Positions 1 through 13,603 of a stretch of DNA of 64,000 nucleotides are shown here, piece by piece. Numbering within the stretch: position 1 is the stretch's first letter; each line of letters starts with the position of its first letter. Both the position numbers and the translations under genes were made by a program. The notes under the pieces are model-generated. The model saw nothing but the letters and a program-made list of their open reading frames with translations, was not told the origin of the DNA and made no database searches. Location of the stretch: positions 42,098,001 to 42,162,000 of the forward strand of contig NW_027361676.1 in NCBI RefSeq assembly GCF_039654945.1, given 5' to 3'. This DNA comes from Dendrobates tinctorius (Eukaryota).

Positions 1-1837
1 GTAGTGGATATTTTGGGGGAGTTTAAAAGTTTTTATGAACAGTTGTATACATCTGGGTTGAGGGCTACAGTGGGGGATATTGAAAGCTTCCTTGGGGGCC
101 AAAACTTCCTAGGATTGGGGACGGCGACAGGAGGAGGTTGGATGAACCTATAACGGAGGAGGAGATTAGACTTGCTATCTTGTCAATAGCTAACAACAAG
201 GCCCCTGGTGTTGATGGACTCCCGGTTGAGATATATAAGAATTTATTGGATATTTCAGTGGCTAAATTAAAGATAGTTTTTGATGAGGCGCTACGGGAGG
301 GAGAGCTGCCGGCGTCCATGAGAGAGGCGACAGTAGTAGTTATTTTAAAGGAAGGAAAGGACCCGAAATTGGCGGAATCCTATAGGCCGGTTTCGCTGTT
401 GACAGCGGATGTTAAGATTTTGGCTAAAGTAGTGGCTGGCCGTTTGGCAAGTGTGGTCCAGAATCTGGTCCATCCTGATCAATCTGGTTTTATGCCAAAT
501 AAGTCTACAGCGATGAACTTACATAGATTATTCTTGAACTTGCAGCTGCCATCGGACAACGAGGGTAATAGAATTGTGGTTTCATTGGATGCGCGTAAAG
601 CGTTTGCTAGTGTTGAATGGTGCTATCTTTGGGAGGTTTTGAGATCTTTTGGTTTCGGACCGAGTTTTATCTCGTGGGTGAGGTTATTGTATTCTTCTCC
701 GACTGCTAGGGTGAGAGTTAATAGAGAGTTATCTGGAAGTTTTGGTTTATATAGGGGGACTAGCCAGGGGTGTCCGCTGTCGCCGCTGCTTTTTGCGTTG
801 GCAGTGGAGCCCCTGGCACAGACAATTAGGAACTCTACTTTGGTTAGGGGGTTCCGGTATGGCATGATAGAGGAGAAAATAGCCCTATACGCAGATGACC
901 TGTTACTCTTTTTAGAAAATTCTGGAGAGGCCTTGGAGGGTGTGATGAACATTCGGTGATATATCGGGTCTTGAAATCAATTGGGCAAAGTCAAATATCT
1001 TGATAGTAGTGGATGAAAGGGGTGATGACATCCTGATGGCATTGGAGGGTAGCAGGTTGTCGGTGGTTCAACAGTTCAAATATCTGGGTGTTCAGGTGTC
1101 TCTTCCTCTTTCGAGCTACGTCGATTTAAATCTGTCCCCATTGTTGGACAGGTTTAGGAAGAAAGTAGGGGTGTGGTGCAAGTTGTGCCTCTCTGTGGTG
1201 GGTAGGATAAATTTAATCAAAATGATTCTTTTGCCCCAATTAATATAAATATAAATATATATATCTATATCATAACCCCCGTTTGGTTGCCCCGAAAGTG
1301 GTTTCATACCATTAACTCTATATTTCGAGACCTTGTTTGGGGGAAGAAACATCCAAGAATTAGGCTGGAATTTCTGCAGAGGCCTAAAGATGGTGGGGGA
1401 ATCCCTGGATTTATTTTTTGGCAGCACAGGGTCAGCAGATGAGATGTTGGAGAGAGGTGAATGGACTGGGTTCGGTCCAGCGGATTTTGGTTTGGATGGT
1501 GGGAAGGGACCCATTGGTTCAGGGTGTGGAGGCAGGGGGATTTGGGAAGTTTGGTGTGGCCTATCCTACTTTGATACTGGTTCACAAAGTATGGGAGGCA
1601 ATTAAAAAGACAAGAGAAGTGGGACTATTAACAAATCTCTCCCCAATATGGAACAATGAAGTACTACCTGAATTTTTTTAAATTTGGGGAATTCAAAAAT
1701 TGGATATCATTAGGTATTCAATATGTAGATCAGATTCAGGACACACGAGAACTGTTATCCTTTGAGACACTGCAGGGGAGTTATGGGTTGCAGGAGACCT
1801 CTAGGTTTCAATATGGACAATTGAGACATGCCTATAG
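1..1837 (+). mobile_element. L1-clade LINE ORF2 fragment (RT and C-terminal region), degenerate
   Basis: ORF 138-959 has L1 RT motifs (KAPGVDG, YRPVSLL, QSGF, QGCPLSPLLF, YADD). Downstream frames give FKYLGV, GRINLIKM and SPIWNN. Stops and frameshifts are present. Confidence 0.9.
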
Positions 1838-4800
1838 GTAGGTGGAAGGTCCTTAAAGATGATTTCAGGGAATTAGGCTGTAAGCTTAAAGCAAGGACCT
1901 CCAAGGTGGTATTTTCGGAAATACTTCCTGTACCACGTGCCACGCCAGAGAGGCAACGGGAGATTAGGGAGGTTAATAAGTGGCTCAGGAATTGGTGTAG
2001 GAAGGAGGGGTTTGGGTTCCTGCAGAACTGGGCCGACTTCTCAGTTGGCTACAGGTTCTACGCTAGGGACGGGCTGCACCTCAATGGGGAGGGTGCAGCT
2101 GTGCTGGGGGAGAAAATGGCAAGAAGGTTGGAGGAGTGTTTAAACTAGGGACGGGGGGGAGGGTATTCCTTTTATAGGAGGGGAAGACAGTGCAGATAGA
2201 GACCTGGGCACAAATAATGACATTGGGGGTGGAGGTGGCATGGGGGGTGGGGTTAGAACAGTTAATAATTTAAGAAAGAATAGAGGTACAGAGAGATACA
2301 TAAAGTGCATGTATACTAATGCCAGAAGCCTCGCCAACAAAATGGAGGAATTGGAGTTAATGTTGTTGGAACATAATTATGACATGGTGGGGATATCTGA
2401 GACATGGCTGGACGAGAGCCCTGACTGGGCGGTTAATTTACAGGGCTGTAGTCTGTTCAGAAATGACCGTACAAATAAGCGAGGGGGAGGTGTGTGTTTA
2501 TATGTAAAATCATCCTTAAAACCCATCCTGCGTGATAATATATATGAATCTAATGAAAATGTAGAGTCCCTGTGGGTAGAGATAAGGGGAGGGGGGGAAA
2601 AATTAATAAATTACTGATAGGGGTTTGTTATAAGTCTCCAAAAATAATGGAAGCAACAGAGAATATCCTCATAAAGCAAATAGATGAAGCTGCGACTCAA
2701 GGAGAAGTCATTATTATGGGGGACTTCAACTACCCTGAATTACATTGGGGAACCGAAACCTGCAGTTCCAGCAAAGGTAATAGGTTTTTGACAACTATGA
2801 GAGACAATTACCTTTCACAACTGGTTCAGGACCCAACAAGAGGGGGGGGCACTGCTAGACCTAATATTAACCAACAGGCCAGACCGCATATCAAATGTAA
2901 CGGTTGAGGGTCACTTGGGTAATAGTGATCACAAATTACGTAATAAGTTTTCATATATCCTTTAATAAGATGTGTAGTAGTCAGGAAGGCAAATTTCCAA
3001 CGGATGAGAGATGATCTCGGTGCCATTAACTGGGACGATATCCTGAGACATCAAAATACACAAAGAAAATGGGAGACGTTTATTAGCATCCTGAATAGGA
3101 CCTGTGCACAATATATACCGTATGGGAATTAACATGCTAGAAATAGGAGGAAACCACTATGGCTAAATAGAGCTGTAAGGGGTGCAATAAGAGATAAAAA
3201 TAAAGCATTTAGAGAATTAAAGCAAGTAGGTAGTGATGAGGCATTAAATAAATTCTGTAAAAAGCAAATCAAGACAGCAAAGATTGAGACAGAGAGACTC
3301 ATTGCCAGAGAAAGTAAAAATAATCCCAAAATATTCTTTAACTACATAAATAGTAAGAAGCTAAAAAATGATAGTGTTGGCCCCCTTAAAAATAGTCTGG
3401 GTGAAATGGTGGATGAGGAAAAAGCCAATATGCTAAATGACTTTTTTTCAACAGTATTTACACAAGAAAATCCCTTGACGGATAACATGATCAGGGATAA
3501 AAATTCTCCATTAAATGTCACCTGCTTAACCCAGCAGGAAGTACGGCGGCGTCTAAAAAAATCACTAAAATTGACAAATCCCCGGGCCCGGATGGGATAC
3601 ACCCCTGAGTACTGCAGGAATTAAGCACAGTCATAGACCATTATTTTTAATCTTTAAGGATTCCACAATAACAGGGTCTGTACCACAGGACTGGCGTATA
3701 GCAAATGTGGTGCCAATATTCAAAAAGGGGACAAAAACTGAACTTGGAAATTATAGGCCAGTGAGTTTAACCTCAACTGTGGGTAAAATCCTGGAGGGTT
3801 TTATAAGAGATACTATACTGGAGTATCTGGAGAAGAATAACCTCCTAACCTAATATCAACATGGGTTTACAAGGGACCGTTCCTGTCAGACTAATCTGAT
3901 AAGCTTTGGACGTGGTGTACATGGACTTTTCAAAAGCTTTTGATACGGTGCCACACAAAAGGTTGATACATAAAATGAGAACAATGGGGATTGGGGAAAA
4001 TATGTGTAGGTGGGTTAAGAGCTGGCTCAGGGATAGGAAACAAAGGGTGGTTATTAATGGAGCACACTTGGACTGGGTCACGGTTAGCAGTGGGGTACCA
4101 CAGGGGTCAGTTTTGGGCCCACTTCTTTTTAACATATTTATTAATGACCTTGTAGGGGGCATAGAGAGTAGAATTTCAATATTTGCAGATGACACTAAAC
4201 TTTGCAGGGTAATCAATACAGAGGAGGACAATTTTATGTAACAGGAGGATTTATGTAAACTAGACGCTTGGGCTGATGAATGGCAAATGAGCTTTAATGG
4301 GGATAAATGTAAGGTCATGCACTTGGGTAGAACAAACAAGATGTATAATTATGTGCTTAATTGTAAAACACTGGGCAAAACTGTCACTGAAAAAGACCTG
4401 GGAGTATGGGTGGACGACAAACTCACATTTAGTGGCCAGTGTCAGGCAGCTGCTGCAAAGGCAAATAAAATAATGGGATGCATTAAAAGAGGCATAGATG
4501 CTCATGAGGAGAACATAATTTTGCCTCTATATAAGTCACTAGTGCGACCACACTTAGAATACTTTGTTCAGTTCTGGTCTCCGGTGTATAAGAAAGACAT
4601 AGCTGAACTGGAGTGGGTGCAGAGAAGAGCGACCAAGGTTATTAGGGAACTGGGGGGTCTGCAATACCAAGACAGGTTATTACACTTGGGGTTATTTAGT
4701 TTGGAGAATTGAAGGCTTCGGGGTGATCTTATTACAATGTATAAATATATGCGGGGACAGTACAAAGACCTTTCTAATGATCTTTTTACTCTTAGACCTG

Positions 4801-5220
4801 TGACTGGGACAAGGGGGCATCCTCTACGTCTGGAGGAAAGAAGGTTTAAGCATACTCACAGATGCGGATTCTTTACTGTAAGAGCAGTGAGACTATGGAA
4901 CTCTCTGCCATATGATGTTGTAATGAGTGATTCCCTAATAAAATTTAAGAAGGGACTGGCTGCCTTTCTTGAAAAGTATAATATTACAGGGTATATACAC
5001 TAGTTTCCTTAATATTGCGTTGATACAGGGAGCTAGTCTGATTGCTGTATGTGGAGTCGGGATGGAATTTTTTCCCCAATGTGAAGCTTACTGTTTGCCA
5101 CATTGGGTTCTTTTGCCTTCCTCTGGATCAACATGTTAGGGCAAGTTAGGATAGGATATGGGTGGAACTAGATGGACTTAAAGTCTTCCTTCAACCTTAA
5201 TAACTATGTTACTATGTTAC
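1838..5220 (+). mobile_element. CR1-clade LINE, 5'-truncated: end of SGNH-esterase ORF1, frameshifted APE-RT ORF2, 3'UTR and (CTATGTTA)n tail
   Basis: ORF1 has the DGLHLN esterase block (1828-2148). ORF2 motifs: YTNARS, ISETW, GDFN, DFSKAFD, GVPQGSVLGP, FADD, LVRPHLEY, TRGH. The tail ACTATGTTACTATGTTAC ends at 5220. Confidence 0.93.
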
Positions 5221-6095
5221 CTCCATGGCCTGTTAGCACGCTCACCATGCAAGACTCCTTTGCTGAACAAATACATGTTGAAGTGCATTTAACATTTAGG
5301 CAAGCCTGTGAAATACTGGGAGAATACAGTTTGGTCGTATGAGACCAAAATTGAACTCTTTGGATGCAATGAAACACACCAAGCTTGGAGGCCAAAAGGC
5401 ACTGCATATAACCCCCAAAACACCTTACCAATAGCGAAGTTTGTAGGTGGGAACATCATGGTGTGGGGATGATTTTCAGCATACCGCATTGGCAAACTTC
5501 ATATATTTGAAGGAAGGCTGAATGGTCAAATGTACAGAGACATTCTTGATAAAATCTGCTATCATCTACCAGGATGACGACACAAGGGTGAACATTTCAG
5601 AAAAGCAATGATCCCAAACACACAAGGAAACTCTCAATTGGTTTCAGAGAAAGAAATAAAGCTGCTTGAATGGCCCAGCCAATCACTTGACCTGAATCCA
5701 GTAGAAAATGTATGGAAGGCAAAAAAAAAAAACTCCGTTCATAGGAGCCCACAGAGTATTAAGGATTTCAAGAGTGTTTGTGTGGAAGAATGGGGCAAAA
5801 ATCACACCTGAGCAATGCATGTGACTTGTTTCTCCATATAGGAGACATCTTGAAACTGTTATCACTAACCGAGCCTTTTTTTTTTTATGAAGTATTACAT
5901 AAATTTCACCGTGTTCAATACTTTTTCGATGTGTCATTACTCATTATGACACATAATTTATGGACATCTGTGGTTTGATTTGTTTGCCTGCGTGGATTGG
6001 ACGGGTTGTTACCCAACATATGGTGAAACTTCCATGTCAACAGCACCTTTAGAAATATATTTTCTTAGAAAATTGGTGACTTATTTCACCCATTG
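5221..6095 (+). mobile_element. Degenerate Tc1/mariner transposase 3' fragment
   Basis: Remnants of WSYETK, GGNIMVWG, NDPKHT and WPSQSLDLNPVENVW (ORF 5608-5811). Confidence 0.8.
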
Positions 6096-6217
6096 TCTTC
6101 TGAAAAGTTTGGGAAGTGCCTAATTACACTGCCTCATAATGTCGTAGTCTTGCAATGAAAATAAAAGCAACAGTGTATCATCATTGGTGAGATTAGTAAA
6201 CTCACTTTATCTTGTAG

Positions 6218-6298
6218 GTCCTTTCAGCAGCATCAGCGGCTGGTGTCTCTGTAGCGTTTGGAGCGCCTATTGGTGGAGTCCTTTTTAGTTTGGAAGAG
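6218..6298 (+). CDS. CLCN3: CLCN3 internal exon (81 nt)
   Basis: AG 6216-6217, GT 6299-6300. Translates [27 protein letters not shown], a CLC signature. Phase 0/0. Confidence 0.95.
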
Positions 6299-6329
6299 GT
6301 AAAAATTTTCAGATTGTTACCAGGAATGT

Positions 6330-6930
6330 GTACTCCTCAACATTGACATTGCATCAACAGGAGAAAAACAATCATGGAATTATGGATATCACAAAATGAA
6401 TAGATATAATGATATGAAAATGATGAAAAAATGGAAACATTCAGAACCTCTCAATTAATTAAATACTGAGTATGAGCACTACACCCAGAATTACACACAC
6501 TTACACGCCTTTATTGCTATGAATGAGGTTTTAATGGTTCTCTGAGGAATGTTCTCCCGTGCTGTGGATCATGAATATCTGCTGCTAGCAGCTCCTTCGC
6601 AATAGACGTCCAAGGACATCCCAGATGTGCTCGATGGGAGACTATTTCAGAGATGCTGCAGGTTGTGGTAGCACGTTTAGGACAAGCAGAAGGCTCTCAA
6701 TAGCACAAGCAACATACGGCCTATCATTGTCATGTTGAAAAACACCTACTAGGACAATTAGAAATGGCCATAACACTGGTTTCATGGCCAAATCAATGTA
6801 ACGTAGAGCTATTAGTGCACCTGGAATTAAGATTAGAGTGGACTGGCTACAGTACATTATGCCACCCCATAACATAATCCTGGGTTTGTGACCTGTATGA
6901 TGTTTTTTTAACTCATTCACGACTATCGAT
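6330..6930 (-). mobile_element. Degenerate Tc1-like fragment
   Basis: ORF 6642-7007 contains IMLWGGI and FQHDNDRP, typical Tc1 DDE-domain motifs. Boundaries approximate. Confidence 0.7.
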
Positions 6931-7650
6931 GAGTGTGTATATATAATATATATATATATCAAAGGCCGTATCTTTGCCTTTGATGTGGGCTCACACCTCT
7001 TCCGCACTTGTTGTTTGATTTAATCAGCCGTTGAGGGGCTTTTAACAGCCGCAGATGGAGCTGTGCTCTGACCACAGCTGTCAACCTGTTAAATCCCGCT
7101 GTCTATCACTGCCAGTTTCATTGGGATTTACTACGTCCTGGCTGGAAGCGCCTCATTAATGCTGCTTATTGGCACCCCTGTCACGTGATTGTGGGGCACC
7201 TATGGATTGTCACGACAGCTGACGGTCTGCAGAAGATCCTTGTGCCCGTCATTGTGGATCTCCTGTGAAGGCTAGCCTGTTGCCTACGTGCATAAAAGAT
7301 TGTGATTTTTGCTATACATAGCAGTGCTGAATCCCCGCTTCAGGGAGGAGGGACGCAGCTCGGACACTGCACACACTGAAGGTATTATTCATGGGCTCTT
7401 AGCAAACGTTGAGAAGCAGCATGTTATCCAGGCACACTGCCTCATCTGGGATTGCAATGGTGACACATTCTTTTAGCATATCGCAGAGTCTCAGGACATT
7501 GTATTTTTGCCATTGCTATATCTGCATGCATTCAGATATATGCCAGTAACCATTACAAACCTATTTAAGTGCAAGCACTTGAGGTATTACTTTTCATTGG
7601 AGGCATTTATATACAGGGCATGATAGGCAAGCTGCATCTTCTACACTTTA

Positions 7651-8010
7651 GGCTATGTGCCCACGTTAGCGTTTTTAAACGCTCAGGAAACTGATCCCCT
7701 TCCCAAAAAACGCACGTCTAAACGCGCGTCTTTTTTCCGCGCGTTTCTTGCAAAAAAGACGCGCGTTTTTGACGCGCATTTTCTGGGAACATTGGGGAAG
7801 GCTAAAAACGCTCAGCAATGCGGAAATTAATGAGCATGCTGCGTTTTTAGCCGCTAAGCGATTCCTGAGCGTTTAGAAACGCATGCATTGGCACAAAAAG
7901 CTAAAAATGCATGCAAATTAATTTGAAGCTGCTTTTAAGCGTTTCTGCAGCGTCTGAGCCGGCACAAACGCTGCGGAAACGCTTAAAAAAAGCAACGTGG
8001 GCACACAGCC
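7651..8010. mobile_element. Palindromic PIF/Harbinger-type MITE
   Basis: TIR GGCTATGTGCCCACGTT / AACGTGGGCACACAGCC, flanked by TTA/TAA. Confidence 0.8.
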
Positions 8011-8137
8011 TAAGAGTGATTTTTTGTTTTTGGATTATTAATTGGTACTTATTACAAATTGTATCTAATGGTGTCCCTAGCCAGCAGCGTCCCTCACATC
8101 AGGTATTTGTTTTATCCCATTATTACTGTATGTCTAA

Positions 8138-8380
8138 GGCCTGTTTCACACTTCCGTTTTTGTGTCCGCCAAACGGATCCGTTTCCGTTTTTTTGACGGA
8201 AACTGATGCAAACGGATCCGTTTTTAAAAAAACGGATCCGTTTTTTTGACGGATCCGCGGTAACCGTAATGGAAGTCTATGGGACAAAAAAACGGATCCT
8301 GCAAAAAATGGCGGATCCGTTTTTTAACGGAAAACAACGGATTTTGACGGATTTGAAAAAACGGAAGTGTGAAACAGGCC
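8138..8380. mobile_element. Palindromic PIF/Harbinger-type MITE
   Basis: TIR GGCCTGTTTCACACTTCCGTTTT / AAAACGGAAGTGTGAAACAGGCC, TAA/TTA flanks, internal ACGGATCCGT repeats. Confidence 0.85.
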
Positions 8381-8583
8381 TTATATTGTGTTTACAATTA
8401 GATTATTTCAATTTTATTAATTTATTCTCTTGTGCATTTCTGGTCACTTCTCTTTCAGAGCAGGGTATTTAGTGACACAGATGGGGATTTCCTGCTGAGT
8501 TACTAGCACGGTACCTATGGATCATATGAATTTTTGATTAAACAGTCACATTACTGCCTGTCTTTTTTTTTTTTTTTCCTTAG

Positions 8584-9126
8584 GTCAGTTACTACTTTCC
8601 TTTGAAGACACTGTGGAGATCTTTCTTTGCCGCTTTAGTGGCTGCTTTCATTTTAAGATCAATCAACCCATTTGGAAATAGCCGTCTTGTCCTTTTTTAT
8701 GTGGAGTATCACACCCCTTGGTACCTATTTGAACTCCTCCCTTTTATCCTGCTTGGTGTGTTTGGTGGACTGTGGGGAGCATTTTTCATCCGTGCAAACA
8801 TTGCCTGGTGCCGACGACGCAAGACTACGAAATTTGGGAAATACCCAGTCCTAGAGGTTATTGTGGTGGCTGCTATCACAGCCGTCATTGCATTTCCAAA
8901 TCCATATACACGGTTCAACACCAGTCAGCTGATTAAGGAGCTGTTCACAGACTGCGGGCCTCTCGAATCCTCCACCCTGTGCGACTACAAAAATGACATG
9001 AATGCTAGCATTGTGGATGATATCCCAGACCGGCCTGCTGGAAATGGAGTATACTCAGCCATGTGGCAGCTATGCTTGGCACTTGTATTTAAGATCGTTA
9101 TGACGGTGTTCACTTTTGGCATTAAG
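8584..9126 (+). CDS. CLCN3: CLCN3 internal exon (543 nt)
   Basis: Polypyrimidine tract + AG at 8582-8583, GT at 9127. Translates [22 protein letters not shown]...[21 protein letters not shown]...VFTFGIK, which is ClC-3-specific. Confidence 0.97.
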
Positions 9127-9176
9127 GTAAAAAAAAAAAAAAAAAAAAAAATTTTTTTATTTTTTGAAGCAATATT

Positions 9177-10075
9177 ATAATAATAATAAAAAAAATTTTC
9201 TATAGCGCCGACATATTCCGCAGCACTTTACATTTCAGAGGGGATTTGTACAGACAATAGACATTACAGCATAACAATAATCACATAGATTATAACAAAT
9301 ACCAACAGGAATGAGGGCCCTGCTCGCAAGCTTACAGTCTGAGGAAAGAGGTAGACACGAAAGGTGGGTGGTAACAGTTGCCCTGATTTTATGAACCAGC
9401 CATAATGTTAAGTGTGTAACAGTACAGACACAGAGGGCTAATGGATGCATAAAGCATGTGGGAACATGATGCGGGGAACCTGGCTATGGTAAAACTTTTG
9501 GCTGTGCCACACAGGGATAGATTAGGTTAATGTGTTGAGGCGATAGGCCAGTCTGAATAAATGCATTTTCAGGGCACGCTTAAAATTGTGGGGATTGGGG
9601 ACTAATCGTATTGACCTGGGAAGTGCATTCCAAAGAATTGGCGCAGCACGTGTATAGTCTTGGAGATGGGAGTGGGAGGTTCTGATTATTGATTAACCTC
9701 AGGTCATCAGCAGAACGGAGGGCGCGGGCAGGGTGGTATACTGAAACAAGGGAGGAGATGTAGGGTGGTGCTGTGCCATGGATGGCTTTGTGGGTGAGGG
9801 TAATAAGTTTATACTGAATTCTGGAGTGGATGGGTAGCCAGTGTAATGACTGGCACAAGGTAGAGGCATCGGTGTAACGATTGGTGAGGAATATGATCCT
9901 GGCTGCAGCATTCAAGACAGATTGGAGAGGGGAGAGTTTGGTAAGAGGGAGACCGATTAGAAGAGTTACAATAGTCGAGACGAGAATGAATGAGAAACAG
10001 TTAGCGTTTTTGCAGAGTCAAAAGTAAGAAAAGGTCGGATTCTAGTTTTTGAGGTGCAGATGACAAGAGCGAGCC
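9177..10075 (-). mobile_element. L2-clade LINE 3' fragment
   Basis: ORF 9580-9915 reads NAAARII...LHWLPIHSRIQYK...LRS (L2 C-terminus). On the - strand the 3' end is TGTAAAGTGCTGCGGAATATGTCGGCGCTATAGAA followed by a (TTA)n tail. Confidence 0.85.
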
Positions 10076-11425
10076 AGCAAGCAAGCTGTCTGGGTTTTAG
10101 CAATGCGACTCCCACCATTCATTGCTGTAGGACAATACCTTTTCAATGGATCAGCATTGCACATGCTTGATTTTTACCTCTATTCATACAGCTCCTTGTC
10201 TTGGTAGTGTGGCTGAGGGGGACCGCAATTGGGGTTCCCATTAATCTGGCAACCACCAATCCAACATCACCTATTTATTGAGCAAAGTTGCAAATGTTTT
10301 TGGTTGGAACAACCTTTTAATATGATAGATGAAATTGAGACATACAATGGTGGGATTCTCATTATAAACACTTGTAGATTATTTCCTTGTGAGAACATGG
10401 AGACACTAGTAGAAATAATTCCTATTGATTATTAAACAGATCCTCTGCAGTATGTTGTGGTGATTTTGAAGGAGATCTGTTTGATGGGACAACTCGCCAT
10501 TGCTTGTAGTCCATGCTAAAGGTCTTCATATTAATAGTTTAGAGAAAAGTTTGTTTTCTCTAAAACAATCACAAAAGGAGTTGGTTATGTTGATCCTGCT
10601 GAGAATACAGCGGTTATCTCCCGCTGGCTAGTTCAGTCTTTAGCTGGTGATTGGCTGGGAGGTGGGCTTACTTAGGGGGGCGGCGACTAACAATCTGTTG
10701 TCTAGCAGCAGAACACAGGCTAATGAGGGGGCACATGGTGAGACACACATAGAAGATTTTCTAACTAAACACTTGAAGAGGGAGGGGGAATGGCACAGTG
10801 AATAAATCCAACTTTGACTTGTGCAGGCTTCCGCAGGATCAACTCCAGAAAACAGCTGGTTTATTGCTTCAAAACGAGACATGGACTGAAAAATTGCTGC
10901 TAAACATTAACTCTTTTGGCTTTAAAAAAAAATAACTCTGACAAAGTAAGCAAAGGGGATAATGCTATTTATTGACTATTTTTTTTGGTATGACTGTCGG
11001 TTTTATGGGCATCAAAATTCAAAGCTTGAAAATTGTGAATTCTTCACAATTTTCATCAAATACCTGGATTTCCAGAAATGCAAATTTTATTGACCTAAAT
11101 TTACCACTAACGAAACGCAATCTCTGAATTGCTGAGATGTAGACGTATTCCAGAGTTATTACCACATAAAGTGACGTGTGTCAGGTGTAAATTTTTGGCC
11201 TGGTCAGGAAGGTGAGAACTGGCTTTTCATCAGCATCCTAACCATGTCAGGATGGAATGGGTCTGAAAAAGCCGTGAAGCCGGCCAGATGTAAACATTTG
11301 CGTCAATCCAAATTTTCCTAGTTTGAACACATGCAGTGAAGGCTAGACTAGTGCATGTACAGTGCAAGCCAAAAAAACTTTACATATGTGCAGCAAAAAA
11401 AAAAAAAAATAATAATTACTTGTAA

Positions 11426-11872
11426 GGCTAGTTTCACACTAGCGTTTCCTGGAGCTGCGGAGTGATGCGCACGGCCGCCTTGAAGCTCTGCCCACGGCCG
11501 CACCTCCTCCGGTCAGCTCCGCCTATGGGCGCATGACGCTGCAGGCGATGTGCGTACCCTATCTTTAGCATTGGGTACGCAGGCCGTGCGCAGGTATGTG
11601 TTTGCCGGCACATGAGTCCTTTTGACGGTGCGCCGATAGCACCAAAATGCAACACAGTGCGTTTGGCGCAGGTTGGCGCACCGTCAAAAGGACGCATGCG
11701 CCTGCAAACGCACACCTGTGTACCCAGTGCTAAAGATAGGGTACGCAGGTCGCATGCAGCGTCATGTGCCCATAGGCGGAGCTGACCGGTGGAGGTGCAG
11801 CCATGGGCGGAGCTTAGCGGCGGCCGTGCTCATCCCTCCGCAGCTCCAGGAAACGCTAGTGTGAAACTAGCC
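11426..11872. mobile_element. Palindromic PIF/Harbinger-type MITE
   Basis: TIR GGCTAGTTTCACACTAGCGTTT, TAA target duplication, near-complete self-complementarity. Confidence 0.88.
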
Positions 11873-12174
11873 TAAAATCTGTGTCATGATTTCAGTTCTT
11901 AAAAGTGCACGCAATGGGGGAGATAATTAAAAATGGTCTAATGGCAAAATTGGCTTGGTTGCCCATAGCAACCAATCAAAGCTGAACTTTCACTTCTCAA
12001 TACTAATTGTAATGAAATATTCACTATAAAACACTTGAACTTTAAGATTTGTGGTTTCTTTGACCTTGCAAATATTTTTTTTTGCTGCCACTGCACTATT
12101 GGACAGCTCCCGCACCTGCCTGCAGTGCCTGACTACATCTGTAAGTTGCCTTGTGTTTTGTACCTTGTTTGCAG

Positions 12175-12361
12175 GTTCCCTCTGGATTGTTTATCCCAAG
12201 CATGGCGATAGGAGCCATCGCAGGAAGAATTGTTGGCATTGCTGTGGAGCAGCTGGCATACTACCATCACGACTGGTTTATATTCAAGCAGTGGTGTGAG
12301 GTGGGGGCAGACTGCATCACTCCCGGTCTGTATGCCATGGTTGGGGCAGCCGCGTGTTTGG
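12175..12361 (+). CDS. CLCN3: CLCN3 internal exon (187 nt)
   Basis: GCAG| acceptor, |GTAAGT donor. Translates [21 protein letters not shown]...[15 protein letters not shown] (GxFxP motif). Confidence 0.97.
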
Positions 12362-12898
12362 GTAAGTCTTCTCATATGGGTATTGTACAAATATTTGGAC
12401 TAGTGGTAGTTGAACTTGCAGCAGATATGGCGATAAAAGTATTTGTGGAGTTTCTAACCCTTATTGCAAACATGATTGTGACTCCATGTAGTCATAAACT
12501 CAACAGTAAAGATTTGCACTCAGTGGCTTTTTTCCTTTCTGCACATATTTGTATAGGATTAAAAAGAAAATGTTATCCTGCATTTGTTAATCCAATTGCT
12601 AATCCTTATTAATGTAATCCCTGAAGTAAGAATGCTGGTACTGTATGTACACAGACTCCAGGCAAGTAAAAATAAGAGCGTATTCTCACTACCTCTAACC
12701 CCATCTGCTGGGACAAGAATCTGTGACATCCTGTATTAGTCACCTGATCTCTGAGGCCTGTGATTGGCTGGAGCAGTCAGCTGACTGTCATCCCTTAGTG
12801 CAGAAATATTAGTTTTTTTAAATCCTAATCTGCATTGCTTTGATGGAAATCGGAGATGAGAGCTGTAAGCTTGTCTGAATCGTCTTGTATTTTATCAG

Positions 12899-13297
12899 GT
12901 GGCGTTACCAGGATGACAGTGTCGCTGGTTGTTATTGTTTTTGAGCTGACAGGAGGCCTAGAATACATTGTGCCGTTGATGGCGGCTGTGATGACCAGTA
13001 AGTGGGTAGGAGATGCCTTTGGACGCGAAGGCATCTATGAATCGCACATACGTCTTAATGGATATCCGTTTTTGGACGCAAAAGAGGAATTCACACACAC
13101 CACTCTGGCCCGTGATGTGATGAGGCCAAAGAGAAGTGACCCTCCGCTGGCTGTGCTCACACAAGATAACATGACCGTTGATGACATTGAAAGCTTAATC
13201 AATGACACGAGCTACAATGGTTTCCCTGTCATCATGTCTAAGGAATCACAACGACTTGTTGGGTTCGCACTAAGAAGAGATCTAACTCTAGCAATAG
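12899..13297 (+). CDS. CLCN3: CLCN3 internal exon (399 nt; last TM helices and CBS1)
   Basis: TCAG| acceptor, |GTAAGT donor. Translates [18 protein letters not shown]...[16 protein letters not shown]...YNGFPV...RRDLTLAI. Phase 1/1. Confidence 0.97.
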
Positions 13298-13603
13298 GTA
13301 AGTAACAGAGTATCCTATTACTGCTGTCCCATTACTGATCACATACGCCATCCCCTCCATGTTTGGCTGAAGCTCTTCTTTCCATAGTGGGCAGGTTGTA
13401 TTTGCTCATTCATTATCTTAGAATGTGTGGGACCCAGATCTGCATCATGTCACTATCATTTTTTCTCCTTTATCTCTCCACTGACCTCTGGCTGTTCGTC
13501 ATCAGCCTCTAGCTTTACTGCAGTAAAAGTCAATGTGTTGTATGCATGGAGTCGTTCTGGACCAGAGATGGCTGTTTAGGAATTCTCTATCTGTTTTATT
13601 TAG

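Noticed and set aside
7911-8472. ORFs across MITEs (also 11434-11864, 25335-26238, 52031-52663, 60279-60615)
   Set aside because: Low-complexity palindromic MITE sequence with no domain motifs.
12151-12612. 153-aa ORF as a standalone gene
   Set aside because: It is the 187-nt CLCN3 exon read through into flanking intron; the same applies to 8602-9180, 12856-13305 and 13546-13824.
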